In this document: positions 41,901 to 59,768 of the stretch, in pieces | Position numbering within the stretch: the first letter of the stretch is position 1 | Layout: each line of letters starts with the position of its first letter | Assembly: GCA_033442325.1 (NCBI GenBank) | Contig: JAWQFM010000010.1 | Location: 96,104-157,407 of the forward strand | Reading direction: 5' to 3' | Source of the DNA: Salpingoeca rosetta | Lineage: Eukaryota; Protista; Choanoflagellata | DNA length: 61,304 nucleotides | The notes under the pieces: model-generated | The model's database searches: none | What the model was told of the DNA's origin: nothing | What the model saw: the letters and a program-made list of their open reading frames with translations, nothing else | Program-made: the position numbers and the translations under genes

Positions 41901-43338
41901 CTGAAGAAGGCGTGGGAGATTGAGTATGGTGAGCTGAGACTTGTTGAGCGTGTTGCTGCGGGTGCTTTTGGCGTGGTGTTCAAGGCGGAGTGGGACACAG
42001 TCATGGTGGCAGTGAAAGTACTGCAGCAAGGGGTGATGATGTTTGACGAGAACACGGTGCAGGAATTTGAGAAGGAGGTGGAGTTCCTGCAACGGACACG
42101 CCACCCGAATGTGGTGCGGTTCTTTGGGGCGGGCACAGACCCCAACGGCAGCCCGTTCCTTGTGCTGGAGTTTGTTGCTCTGGGATCGCTCAAGGACCTG
42201 CTGGGGAAGGACATGGAGAATGTGTTGAGGGAGGCGGAACAAGGGGAGCGAAGTAGTGAAGATGGTGCAAGGCAGGATGTAACAACATCTGACATCGTGG
42301 GTGAAGAATTGACGTTGGTGAGCACTGAAAGCGATAGAAGGCCTGAGACGATGACTGTGTGGGACTTGAAACTGCGGCTACTGCGCGATGTCGCCAGTGG
42401 CATGGCCTTTACCCACAGCCTCGACCAGATGCACCGGTGGGTTGATTGTATGTGTGTGTGTGTGTGTCTGTAATGTGTTTGTTTGTTTGTTTGTTTGTTT
42501 GTTTGTTTGTTTGTTTGTTTGTGTGCCTGCAAGCATCAAGTCCCTGCTTCACCCAACCCCACGAGCTCCTGCTTCGACTCACCCCACCATGACCACAACC
42601 GTTCACTGCCAACAGAGACTTGAAGAGCGTCAACGTGCTTGTTTCATCATCGCTTCGTGCCAAGATTACGGATTTCGGGTCCATCCGCCGGTGCTTCACC
42701 CGTGACAGGCACCAACGACAGCGCACCCGCCTATCGTCCAGTCGTGATGATGATGGTGATGGCCCCGAATACAACCAGCAAGCTGGACTGCAAACGATGG
42801 CGGGCACGGCGCTGGCAGCTGGCGTGGGCACACCGCTGTACATGGCACCAGAGGCACTGACGGGTGACAAGTGTAGCTTCGAAGCAGACATCTTCAGCTT
42901 TGGCGTGCTCATGTGGGAGGTGGCGACCCAGCGCACCCCCGACTTGATTGAGCAGGAGAAGGGCAGTGACTTCAGAGGGCCACTGCTGACAGCCATTGCG
43001 AAGCTCTTGACGGAGGGGAAGCGCCTCAAGTTTGACGACAGCGAAAAAGCTGGTGAGAAGCTTATTGTGTGAGTGCGTCAGTGCGTGAGTGTGTGTGAGC
43101 TTGTGAGTGTGTGAGTGTGTTTGTATGTAGGTATCTGCATGTGTGTGTGTCTGGGTCGCTTGCGGATTCTTCTCCTCACCCACTCGCCTACCACGCATCT
43201 CTCGCCCACCACACATCACCCCCCCCCCTTCTCTCAGCCATCCCCGAGTGGTTCCAGTCGCTGACGTACAAGTGCATGGCGCAGAACCCGCATGAGCGCC
43301 CGTCGTTTGGAGAATTGAAAGACCACCACTTTGCTTGA
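38682..43338 (+). CDS. Leucine-rich-repeat receptor kinase: signal peptide, LRR ectodomain, Cys/EGF-like module, TM, tyrosine-kinase-like (TKL) kinase
   Basis: Exons 38682-38798, 39072-42436, 42616-43052 and 43238-43338 are in frame. LRRs of the form LxxLxLxxNxIxxI; CTCARGFKMTSDGRC; TM IAGVAAGSVIGGLFFGLFVAWL; kinase motifs AAGAFGVV, VAVK, HR|DLKSVN, DFG, GTPLYMAPE, DIFSFG and ERPSF. Confidence 0.93.
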
Positions 43339-43346
43339 TTGTGCAG

Positions 43347-43384
<38 letters not shown>

Positions 43385-43576
43385 GTTTGTGTAGGTGTGT
43401 CTGTAGAGCTTTGTGCCCGTGTAGCTTTGTGTACGTGTGTCTGTGAGGGTGAGGTCCCTAGGTCCTGAGGTCTGTGCCTCGACGCCTCTAGGCCTCGAGT
43501 CTTCAAAAAAACACACACACAGAAACGTATGCAGGACTTGAACCAGCGCCTTCACATTTTCCCTGTAACGGTCGAG

Positions 43577-44279
43577 ATGGAAGACGTTTCTGTGGTGGAT
43601 GTGCGCTTCTCGTCCGCGTCCTCCTCGTCCTCCACAGGCAGTGGCAGTGGAAAGGGCAGTGGGCGCGAGGGGAAGGGAGGAAGGAAGAGTGCGCGGCGAG
43701 GTGGCAGTGGACGCCGTACTGGGCCCGCAGAGTTGCTGCAGTCACTGGAGCGTGACCTGCAACGGCTGCGGATGTACAACGATATTGAGGATGAGGATGA
43801 GGATGAGGATGGAGATGTGGCAGTGATTGGCAACGAGGTTGCCCTTGACAGTGACAGCCCACAGAAGAGACTCGGCGACTCTCAGTCTGCGCGACGTGCG
43901 CTTGGGTCTCGAGCAGTGCGCACAAGGCCAACATCTACAGTGATGAAGGGCGGTGCCTCCTACGACAGAACAGCAGCTGCGCCCTCCCGCAGGCGAACAG
44001 CACAACATCGCACGCCACTCCACAGCGACAGCGACAGCGACAACGAGGGCGGGGATGACCAGGGTCAGGCGCAGGCAGAGAGTCAGCGGCCTTGGTATCG
44101 ACGCCACGTTGCACGCAGGCTTTCAGAGGCACCCCATCAGCACCCGTGGTACGAGGCTATTCTCAGGTGAGCACAACGCGCGTACGCGTGAATATGTGAG
44201 TGAAGCATATGTGTGGGTGTGAATGTGTGAAGGGGTGTGTGTGTGTGCGCATGTGTGCGTATAAATGTGTGAAGGTGTG

Positions 44280-44327
<48 letters not shown>

Positions 44328-44995
44328 TGTGTGTGTATGTGTGTATGCAAGGTGCAGGGTCCTTTCAAGGTGTACCTGTGCGCACTTGTGATGCTTCGAC
44401 AATCTCGTGTCTGCGACTGCAACCGACGTTCTCACATGTGCAAGCTCATGCCTGCAGCGAGCTGTCCATGGACGACACCGTGTCCAGCTCTGGCCGACAA
44501 TCACCCGGCGGCACCCCGCTTCCAGACCGCGATTCTCTTGCGTATGTGTGTGTGCATCACACCTGCGCATGCCAGCGCTATTGCTCTCCTCTGTTCTTTG
44601 TTGTTGCTCGACAACGACATATGATCCGAGCGTACGCTGCTGTTGAGTCGAGTCATAGCACGATTGTTAATGTCACCCATTCCACTCCACCCCACTCCAC
44701 TGCTTGCTTTGACGCTTGGTTCTGGTCAGGTATCTGTACCGCAACCTGTACACGGACCGCCTTAACTACCGCAACCGCAAGCTGTCGTCGCTGGAGCCAT
44801 ATCACAAGCGCGACGCCAAGAAGACCTCGACAAGCAAGGCAGCATCGGCATCGAGGACAAAGGGGAAAAGCAAGCCACGCAGCGGCAAGGGCCAGACACG
44901 CACACGGAAGCGAACCACGGTGGATGGCTCCATCGTCGTGGAGGGCGAGACGGGCACGCACACTATCAGCGCAGGTACATTAGCTGTGTGCGTGC

Positions 44996-45081
<86 letters not shown>

Positions 45082-46827
45082 ACCGTCAAACACGCTGGTC
45101 TTCAGTTGGCAAACAGCACCACCCGTCCTCCAAACTCACGACTGCACCGAAACCAACTCATGGTGCAGGGAAAGGTGCGGGTGGCGGTGGCCGTGCAGCG
45201 TCATCGTCGGCCATGACACACGCGGAGTGGATCAAGCACAAGGAGCGGCAGCAGAAGAACGAGGCAGCAAAGCAACGCAAGAAGGAGGTGATTTTGTGTG
45301 TCTCTGTGAGTGTGTGTGTGTGTGTGCTTGTTTGTGTGTGCTTGTTTGTGTGTTTGAGCGTGTGTGTGTGTTTGAGCGTGTGTGTGTGTGTGTGTGTGTG
45401 TGTTGAGGCAATTGACCACGTGCTGACGCTACCACCAACATCACCATCATCATCTCACCGCGTCCACCAGGAGGAGCAGCTGGCGAAGGAGTTGGAGGAG
45501 AAGCGGCGGCAACAGGCGCTCAGGGACCGCGGGCACCAGGAGTATGAGCGATGGCTCAACAGGGACAAGCGCGCACGCAGGGCAAGGTGTAGTGCATTTT
45601 TGGGCTGTGGTGTACTTGTGCATGTGTTGTGTTGTGTGTGTGTTGAGTGTTGTGATTGTGTGTGTGTGTGTGTGATTGTGTGTGTGTGTGCTGAGTGTTG
45701 TGGCGTGTGTGTGTGTGTTGTGTACTTGTGAGTATGCCTGAGTTGCTTTGTGGCCTGACTGCGCGCACTACTGGCATCAACCGTTTGGGCAGGAAACGCC
45801 GGGAAGCAGCAAAGAAGAAGAAAGAGGAGCAACGACGCAAGGCGCGGCTCGAGGAACTCATGGTGAGCCGACATGCACATGTACACATGTGTGCGAGGAA
45901 GGTGTTGGTTGGTTGTGATTTGTTCACATCACACTCCTCAGCACTCGCTCAAGTTTTACGACAATGTGTGTGTGTGTGTGCTTACGTGCGTGTGTGGGAG
46001 CAGCACGAAACGGAAGAGAACTACAAGGAATGGCTCTACGACTATCATCTCAGGCGCCGCAAGGCAGACGCAGAAGGTCGGCTCATTGACGTGTGTGTGT
46101 GCGTGTGTGCGTGTGCGTGTGTGTGTTTGACTTGTTTGCACGATGTTCAATGGAAGAAACCACACAGTTCATGCGCAAACCGCCTCTGCCCACCAATCCA
46201 CAACGCTACCACGACGACCACCACCTTCACACGACGCCCACGCGTCAGAGCGGGAGAAGCGGCGGCGGCAGGCTGAGCTGCGGCGGGAGGCGAAACAGCG
46301 CGGCCAGGCCGCATACGACAAGTGGATCAGAGAGGTGCGCTTCCATGCAGGCTCGTCGGCTGTGATATTGCGGGTGGGCGAGTGAGTGCGTGAGCGACAG
46401 CTGTTGCTGCACTTCCCTGCGTTTCCACCACTGCACATCTTGCACGGCATCACCTCCCCCCCCTCTTTACTTCCCCTCATCCCGTCCCACCCCGTCTTCC
46501 CCCACATCTCAAATCACCACCCCGGCCCACGTGTAGATTGAGCTGCGGCCGCGGGCACTGCGCTTCGAGCAGCCCGTGGAGTGGCGAGGCGTGCTCGACG
46601 ATGGCGATGACAGGAACCGCCCAGACGTCTTCTCCTATCGAACACCAGAGGTACGTTGAACAGTGGCGTGCAACGGGGATGATGCTGGTGCTGGTGGAAC
46701 GATGGGTGCTTGATTTTGTCACTTGCAGCTGCGCTATTGCATTTGTTCCCTCCTACTATGACCACCACCACCACCACCACCACCACCACTGCCACCATCC
46801 CGTGATGTGTGCAGGAGGCGACGGTAG
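43577..46827 (+). CDS. Charged coiled-coil protein, CCDC34/CCDC181-like, multi-exon
   Basis: Spliced repeats THAEWIKHKE, QEYERWLNRDK, ENYKEWL and AAYDKWIRE between E/K/R-rich coils; C-terminal FEQPVEW; stop 46825-46827. Alternative start at 43529. Family assignment is tentative. Confidence 0.6.
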
Positions 46828-47164
46828 GCGGGTGCGGGCCATCCCCACCGCTCCTCTTCCGCGACGCGCAGCTGGCGGAGATGTTTGCAGCAAAGCGGCG
46901 ATGACACGAGAGGGACCCACGACATCACGCCCCTTTTCCACACACGCACATAATATGCACACATATGCATGCGCATGCCGGTCTGTGAGGTGGGGGTTGC
47001 CTGATGACTACTTTATATGTACAGACGAAGAATTGGAACGAACCAAACACCAGCTGTGACATGAATGAATGGGTGAATGGACGCGAACGAACGCACAATG
47101 CGAGGCATGATACACAGTCCCCAAGCAATGTGCGCGTGTGTGTGTGTGAATGGTATAGCCCGAG

Positions 47165-47505
47165 CTAGAGGGCGTTTTCATTGCGCAGCTTGATGGACTT
47201 TGCGCCGTCGTTCTGCACGTCAAGCGGGTGAAGGTACTTGACGGTGTTCTCGTTGATGGAGAGCGTGCTTGCGTCCATCTTGTCCGTGTACAGGCACCCG
47301 TTGAGGTGATCGACCTCGTGTTGCACAATGCGCGCTGTCCAGCCGCTCAGCGCCACAGAGACGTCCGTGCCCGTCACAGCACACAGGCCCGTGAGGTGGA
47401 TGTCGACGGGCCGCGTCACGTGCGCGCTGTATCCTGGTATGCTCAGGCAGCTCTCGCGGTGCGTGCTCATCTTCTTGCCATACTTGAGCCGTGGGTTGGC
47501 AATCG

Positions 47506-47571
<66 letters not shown>

Positions 47572-48486
47572 TGGGACACAGTGACATCGAATATGGCTGC
47601 TAGCACGAATGAAGCATTCATTGCACTACGGAGACAGCGATATACAGAGACACACTGACACAGAGACAGACAGAGAGCCAGACAAAACACACAGACACAG
47701 ACACAGGCACAGACACAGACACAGACACAGACACAGACACAGACACACACACACACACACACACACACAGACGCACACAGACGCACACATACACACATAC
47801 ACACACACTCTCTCTCCCTCTCTCTCTCTGTTTACCTGTGAGCGGGACGGGCCGCATGTCCAGCATCTTGATGTCGCGGAAGTTGGTCTCCAGTTCAATC
47901 ATGTCTGGTGTCACCTCCATCACAAACAGCTGCGCAGTGTAGGTGGTAGAGAGGTGGTGAGCGAGGAGACCGGGAGGCTTGCTCAAGCAGATAGACAGAC
48001 ACACAGGCAGACGCACAGATACAGACGGATACGCACACACACATAGAGACAGACAGACAGACACACACACACACACACAGAGGCGCATGCACTGACCTGC
48101 AAGGACTCGCCAATCTGAGGTGCGCAGAGCCCAAAGCCTTTGTCCTCCCGTAACCGGGCTGACAGTGAGTCCACAAGGTTCCGGATGGAGCCATCCTGTG
48201 TGCAAGAGCGTTGCCAGTGGCAGTGGCAGTGCGATCGAGGTGAGGGTCGTCGAAGCGCAGTGAGTGGAGCGGGGAGGGGGGCAAGTGGATGCAGGGGGAC
48301 GGACGGGGAGACCATGGATGCAGAGAGAAGAATGGAGTGGAACGAACAGAAACACACACAGACACAGACACACAGACACACAGACACACACAGACACAGA
48401 CACACACAGACACAGACACACAGACACAGACACAGACACACAGACACAGACTCACACACAGACTCACACGCAGACACACAGACACA

Positions 48487-48571
<85 letters not shown>

Positions 48572-48691
48572 GCTTCCCACCGTGATATCTGAGCGCTGGA
48601 TGGGTGCTGCCTTCTCCCTCAAGACGGGGTGCCCTGCTTCGATGATCTTCGGCAGTGCCCGCCCCCTTCGTATCGCCCGCAGCAGTCGCAT
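47165..48691 (-). CDS. PDF: Peptide deformylase, probably mitochondrial, 4 exons
   Basis: Basic presequence MRLLRAIRRGRA; AGHPVLR; motif I GFGLCAPQIG; ANP; motif II ESCLS; motif III ARIVQHEVDHLNG. Confidence 0.93.
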
Positions 48692-48868
48692 GTCGTGTAT
48701 TTGCTTTCTTGCTTGCTTGCTTGGGAAGTGCACACGTGTCGTCGTCGTCGTTGTTGTCGTTGCGTTGTTGTTGTGCGTGAACTCCACACCCTTCTCTTCC
48801 TTCCTTCCTTGTTGGTTTGTTTGTTTCTTTCTTTCGCGTCAATGCCGAGACGGCTCGAACAAGCGTGG

Positions 48869-49313
48869 CTACTTGTCACCACCACCACCACCACCACCAA
48901 ACATGCGCTGCGCGTTTGTGAACGCGTGTTCTGCAACCACTTCTGGGTCCTCGCCCTTGCACCCGCTTACAATCTGCAGTTGGGTGTGCGTATGTGTGTG
49001 TGTGTGCGCGCGCGCGTATGTGTGTGTGCGATGAGATGCAGGGACAGACACAGACACACACGGACAGACACACACACACACACACACAGACAGACAGACA
49101 CACACAAACACACACACACACACACACAGACACGCACACAGACACAGACACACAGGCAACAGCGCACCTCGAGGACTTGTGTGATGAGGGCGGGCTCATT
49201 GCGGGACTTGACGTACTTGCCATCCTCCCACTTGTCAGCCTTCTTCGCTTGCACCTGCACACGCGTGCATTGGTATGTGATTGTGTGTGAATGAGTTGTC
49301 AACGCCACATGTG

Positions 49314-49361
<48 letters not shown>

Positions 49362-51463
49362 TGCAAGCACACACACACACCTTTGTCTTGACGTATTGGA
49401 AGCCGGCGTGTGATGGGCGAACTTCACACCAGGGGCAGTCCGTCTGGTGTGGAGGCGAGGGATGATGGTTAAGGGAGAACGCGTGCTTCCAGGCAGGAGA
49501 CTGAGGACAAGCCAGATGGCCGCGCATATGCAGAGATGCAAGTGGAGACACACGTACAAACACGTACAAACACGTACAAAGGCACACACACGTACAAAGA
49601 CACACACACACACACACACGTGCATACACACACACACACACACACGTGCATACAAACACACACACACACACACACATGCACACATGCACACACATACACA
49701 TGCAAACGCCCGACTGACCTCGAGCATGAGTTTGTCGGTTGGGAGATGCTTGACGACATCAAGGTTCTCCTCCTTGCGCAAGGAGCAGCCGTTGAGGCCA
49801 ATGTAGAACCCCATCTCAATCAGCCGCAGCGCCACGTCCAGCGGGCCGTCATACGAATGCACAACTCCGCCAACGATCCTGCGTACGGAGAGCAGGGCGG
49901 CGGCGGTGTTGGAGATGGTGACTTTGTTGCTTGTTGTTGTTGGAAAACTCTGCTACATTCAAGTGGCATTCGACAGCCTCACACACTCACACGCACACCA
50001 CACCACACACACACACACACGCACACACACACACACACGCACACACACACACACACATACACACACACACACCACACCACACACACACACACACACACAC
50101 ACACACCACACACATACATGTGTGTGCATTGCCCCACCTGTGGCGGTTTGGCTCCATGATGTGGAGAAAGTCGTCGTGTGCATTGCGCAGGTGGAGGAAC
50201 ATCGGCAGCTGCGTCGCCTCCGCAAGATCAATCTGTCGTTATGGTCATGCACAGCGAAGATATTGTGTGTGTGTGTGTGTGTGTGCGTGTGTGTGTGTGT
50301 GTGTGTGAAGGATGGATCACAACACCTTGCTGCTGCTGCTGCTGCCCACGTGAATACAAACACCAGCGCAAGCGCCGTACACTAATCCGCGCCACACGGC
50401 AGATGGCTACCTGGCGCTTGAAGTACGTTGCCTGCACGTCCTTTGGGCAGAACTGAAGGCGGTCATAGTCAAGCCCCGTCTCACCAACAGCAACCACCAC
50501 CGACCTGTTCTCCTCAATCAGCGCTTGCAGCGACTACACGCAGTTACGCACGCACACACACGTACATGAGGTGGGAGGCGACTTATCACTCACGCGCTGG
50601 TTGAGCACGTGCATTCAACGAGTTTCACGCACACGCGCATGCACATCTGCACACAAACCTTGTAATAAGCCTCTGGATCGTCAAGAAACTCCTTACACCT
50701 TGTAGGGTGACACCCTACAGTGCATGTGATGCCCTCTGCGTGGAGAGGAGTGACGACAGAGGCGACGGAGGCGACACAAGAAGAGACACGGGGACGACAA
50801 GACGCGAGAGCCATGGCATTGGGTGAGGGTGCGCTTGTGCGCGCGAAGAAGAGACAACATGCAGGAGAAGTGGTTCGGCGGATAGCGCACCGTTCTGTTT
50901 TGCCATTTCCACGGCTTCCTTGCTGTCAGCCAAGTTAGTACCCGTCACCATCATCCTCTCAACGCCTGAAGTGGGGTGTGACAGACATGATTTCAGTTCA
51001 GCGCAATTAGTTGAAGCGATGACGTGTGAAGGCTAGCGCAGGCGTGACGAAGAAGGGAAGGGGAAGCGTGACGATGAAGGGAAGTGGAAGTATGCAAAAC
51101 AGACACACAGACAGCCAGACATCACAGACACACACACACAGACACACACACAGACACAGACACAGACACACACACACGCACACAGACAGACACAGACACA
51201 GACACAGACACACACACACACACAGACACACAGACACACAGACACACAGACACAGACACAGACACAGACACACACACAGACACAGACACAGACAGACACA
51301 CACACACACACCAACCAACCAACCAACCTGCATCTCGGGCACGCTGGAGGATCTGTGCAAAGTCGGACGGGTGCTTCTGCTTCCCTCTGTATACCCCTCT
51401 GAACACGGGGTCTGTGAGGTTGGCTCCAATGTCAAAGAACCGCAACCGCGCTGCACTGCTCAT
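48869..51463 (-). CDS. TATDN1: TatD-family nuclease TATDN1, 9 exons
   Basis: [73 protein letters not shown]|TDCPWCE and RNEP. Confidence 0.95.
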
Positions 51464-51618
51464 CGTGCTGATCGTGGTGGCAAGTTGGGAAGAATGGCCA
51501 CAGCATACACATTTTTCGGCACAAAGTGGTTGCATGCACACATCCACACACACACACACACACATCCAGCACACACACGCATCTTCATCTTCCTTGCTCC
51601 TTGTTGGTGTGGTAGGGC
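51464..51618. promoter_or_regulatory. Very compact putative bidirectional promoter (155 bp between divergent ATGs)
   Basis: TATDN1 ATG at 51463 (-) and SMIM4 ATG at 51619 (+). Confidence 0.55.
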
Positions 51619-52073
51619 ATGGGGTTTTGGAAGGTGGCTGCGAAGGTGAGCGCTGCGTCGTTTGTGCTTGGAGTCTCCATCGAGTGGTTTATGCTCCACG
51701 TCCAAGTTGGCGAGGAAACCTTCTGTAAGTTTGTTCGGCGGCGCGGGCGTGTTTGCAATAATGTACAGCGTGTTTGCAGAACTGGCCACACACTTGCCTG
51801 CCATGGAACACATGCACACACTGACACACTGACACGCACACAGCATACGCACACACACTTACTCACACACACACAAGACACACACACTCACTCACACTCA
51901 CACATACACACTCACATTCTCACTCACTCATGCCACTGTCGGTTTGTATTGTAGACGACACGGTGACACGACTGGAGGCAGAGAGGCGAGTCCAAGACAG
52001 TCAGGCACCACCACAAGGCGATAGCGTCGCTCATTCAACACAACAGCAGCAACAAGAGCAGCAAGGGCGGTAA
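51619..52073 (+). CDS. SMIM4: SMIM4/UQCC5 (fly sloth1) complex III assembly microprotein, 74 aa, exons 51619-51724 and 51955-52073
   Basis: [35 protein letters not shown]|[12 protein letters not shown] matches the family pattern FVLGxxxEWxMxxxxVGxETFYD. GTAAGT donor, TAG acceptor. Confidence 0.88.
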
Positions 52074-52095
52074 CGAGTTTGGGCACCGTGACACC

Positions 52096-52512
52096 ATGCC
52101 TGGGCGTTGGTCTGTTGGGCAATACGTGGCCCTGTGCTTCTTCAGCATTTCCTCCATGATGCTCGGAGCATCCATGACACACAACTACTACAAGCCCGAC
52201 TTGGTACGCTCACATAACATGTATGCGTGCGTGCGTGCAGGTGCGCATGTGTGTCCTTGTTTTTTTTTGGGGGGGGGAGGGGCCTGTGTCACACACCTTG
52301 TTGCGTGCTGCTGCGTTTACTGTTCTTCCACTTTGCACTTTTTCTGACCACTGCTGGTATTGGCACTGCTGCTGTTGTTGGTGTTGTTCTTCTTCTGTGC
52401 GCAGACCATTCCGGCCGAGCCCGTCAAGCCCAACAGCGTGCTGAAGAAGCGAACCGTGGCCATTGTGCCGCCACGTGGCGCACGCGACGACGACGAGTCA
52501 TCAAACCATTGA
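52096..52512 (+). CDS. UQCC6: BRAWNIN/UQCC6/C12orf73 (fly sloth2) complex III assembly microprotein, 71 aa, exons 52096-52203 and 52405-52512
   Basis: [36 protein letters not shown]|TIPAEP matches the family pattern MP...Y.......M..GA...H.YY.PDLTIP. Confidence 0.9.
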
Positions 52513-52518
52513 TAGCTC

Positions 52519-52580
<62 letters not shown>

Positions 52581-52584
52581 CGTG

Positions 52585-52615
<31 letters not shown>

Positions 52616-52734
52616 CAGTGTGTGTGTGTGTGTGTCTGTGTGTGTGTGTGTGTCAGTGTGTGTGTGTGTGTCAGTGTGTGTGTGTCTGTGAAGGCGTGTT
52701 CCTTGCTCCGCTAACACACAAGGGCCGAAGAATC

Positions 52735-52740
52735 AATAAA
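52735..52740 (+). terminator. AATAAA polyadenylation signal after BRAWNIN
   Basis: First AATAAA downstream of either microprotein ORF. Confidence 0.55.
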
Positions 52741-52775
52741 GACATTCACAAATCGCAATTGGTGTGTCGGCGAAG

Positions 52776-58885
<6,110 letters not shown>

Positions 58886-58965
58886 ACCCAAACACTCAAA
58901 CAACCTCCTGCTGCTTGTGCTCGTGCATGTAAATTGTTGTGCCTCTTGCACGCTTTTACTGTCTG

Positions 58966-58971
58966 AATAAA
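58966..58971 (+). terminator. AATAAA signal after the ankyrin gene
   Basis: 80 nt after the stop. Confidence 0.5.
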
Positions 58972-59013
58972 CGCTAATTCAACACGCACATCGCAGCCCA
59001 AGATGGACAGACA

Positions 59014-59056
<43 letters not shown>

Positions 59057-59073
59057 CACGACACACACGACAC

Positions 59074-59151
<78 letters not shown>

Positions 59152-59426
59152 CACGTGCCACTCACACATAAATCATATATGGATGTTTAAAGGCGAAGTA
59201 ATGGGACACAGCATCTAAGAGATAGATTAAAGGGTGATGGGGTTGACGAAGGGCTTTGGGGCGTGTGGGTGAAGAAGAGATTCTTGTGTAATATACCCTT
59301 TGACCTCATACAGACATACATAGAGACACATAGACAATATGCACACACATGGACACACAGAGAGACACGCACACATGCACACACACATGCACAAACACAC
59401 AGACACACACACACATACACACACAC

Positions 59427-59486
59427 CTTTGACTTCTTCTGGGCCGCTTTTTGCTGTGCCTGAATCTTTTGCTGTCCACGAGCCAT
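59427..59486 (-). CDS. ZNF706: ZNF706/SERF (4F5) family first exon; downstream exons not resolved
   Basis: MARGQQKIQAQQKAAQKKSK followed by a GT donor; closely resembles the ZNF706 N-terminus MARGQQKIQSQQK. Confidence 0.65.
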
Positions 59487-59768
59487 CCTTGGTTGTCACC
59501 ACCAGATGGGATGGAGGTGGAAGGTGGGAGAGAGAAGGGGGAGGGCGTGGAGAGGGAGGGAGAGCAGCAGCAGCAATGCACAGAGCACAACAAGCGCACC
59601 AAGCACAACAAGCACAACAAGCAAGGCGAGCAGCGTTGTGGAAGAGGCACGGGTCGCGACACCATAAAACATTGAAGCCAATATCAGCACATTCGCCAAC
59701 CAACCACGACAACAACTTGGCATCTGCTCACACCCTACCCCTCCACCAAGCAGCAGCCTACAGCAGCC

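Noticed and set aside
51494-51649. Upstream ATG as the SMIM4 start
   Set aside because: Out of frame whether unspliced or spliced at the weak GTGGTT donor; at most a uORF.
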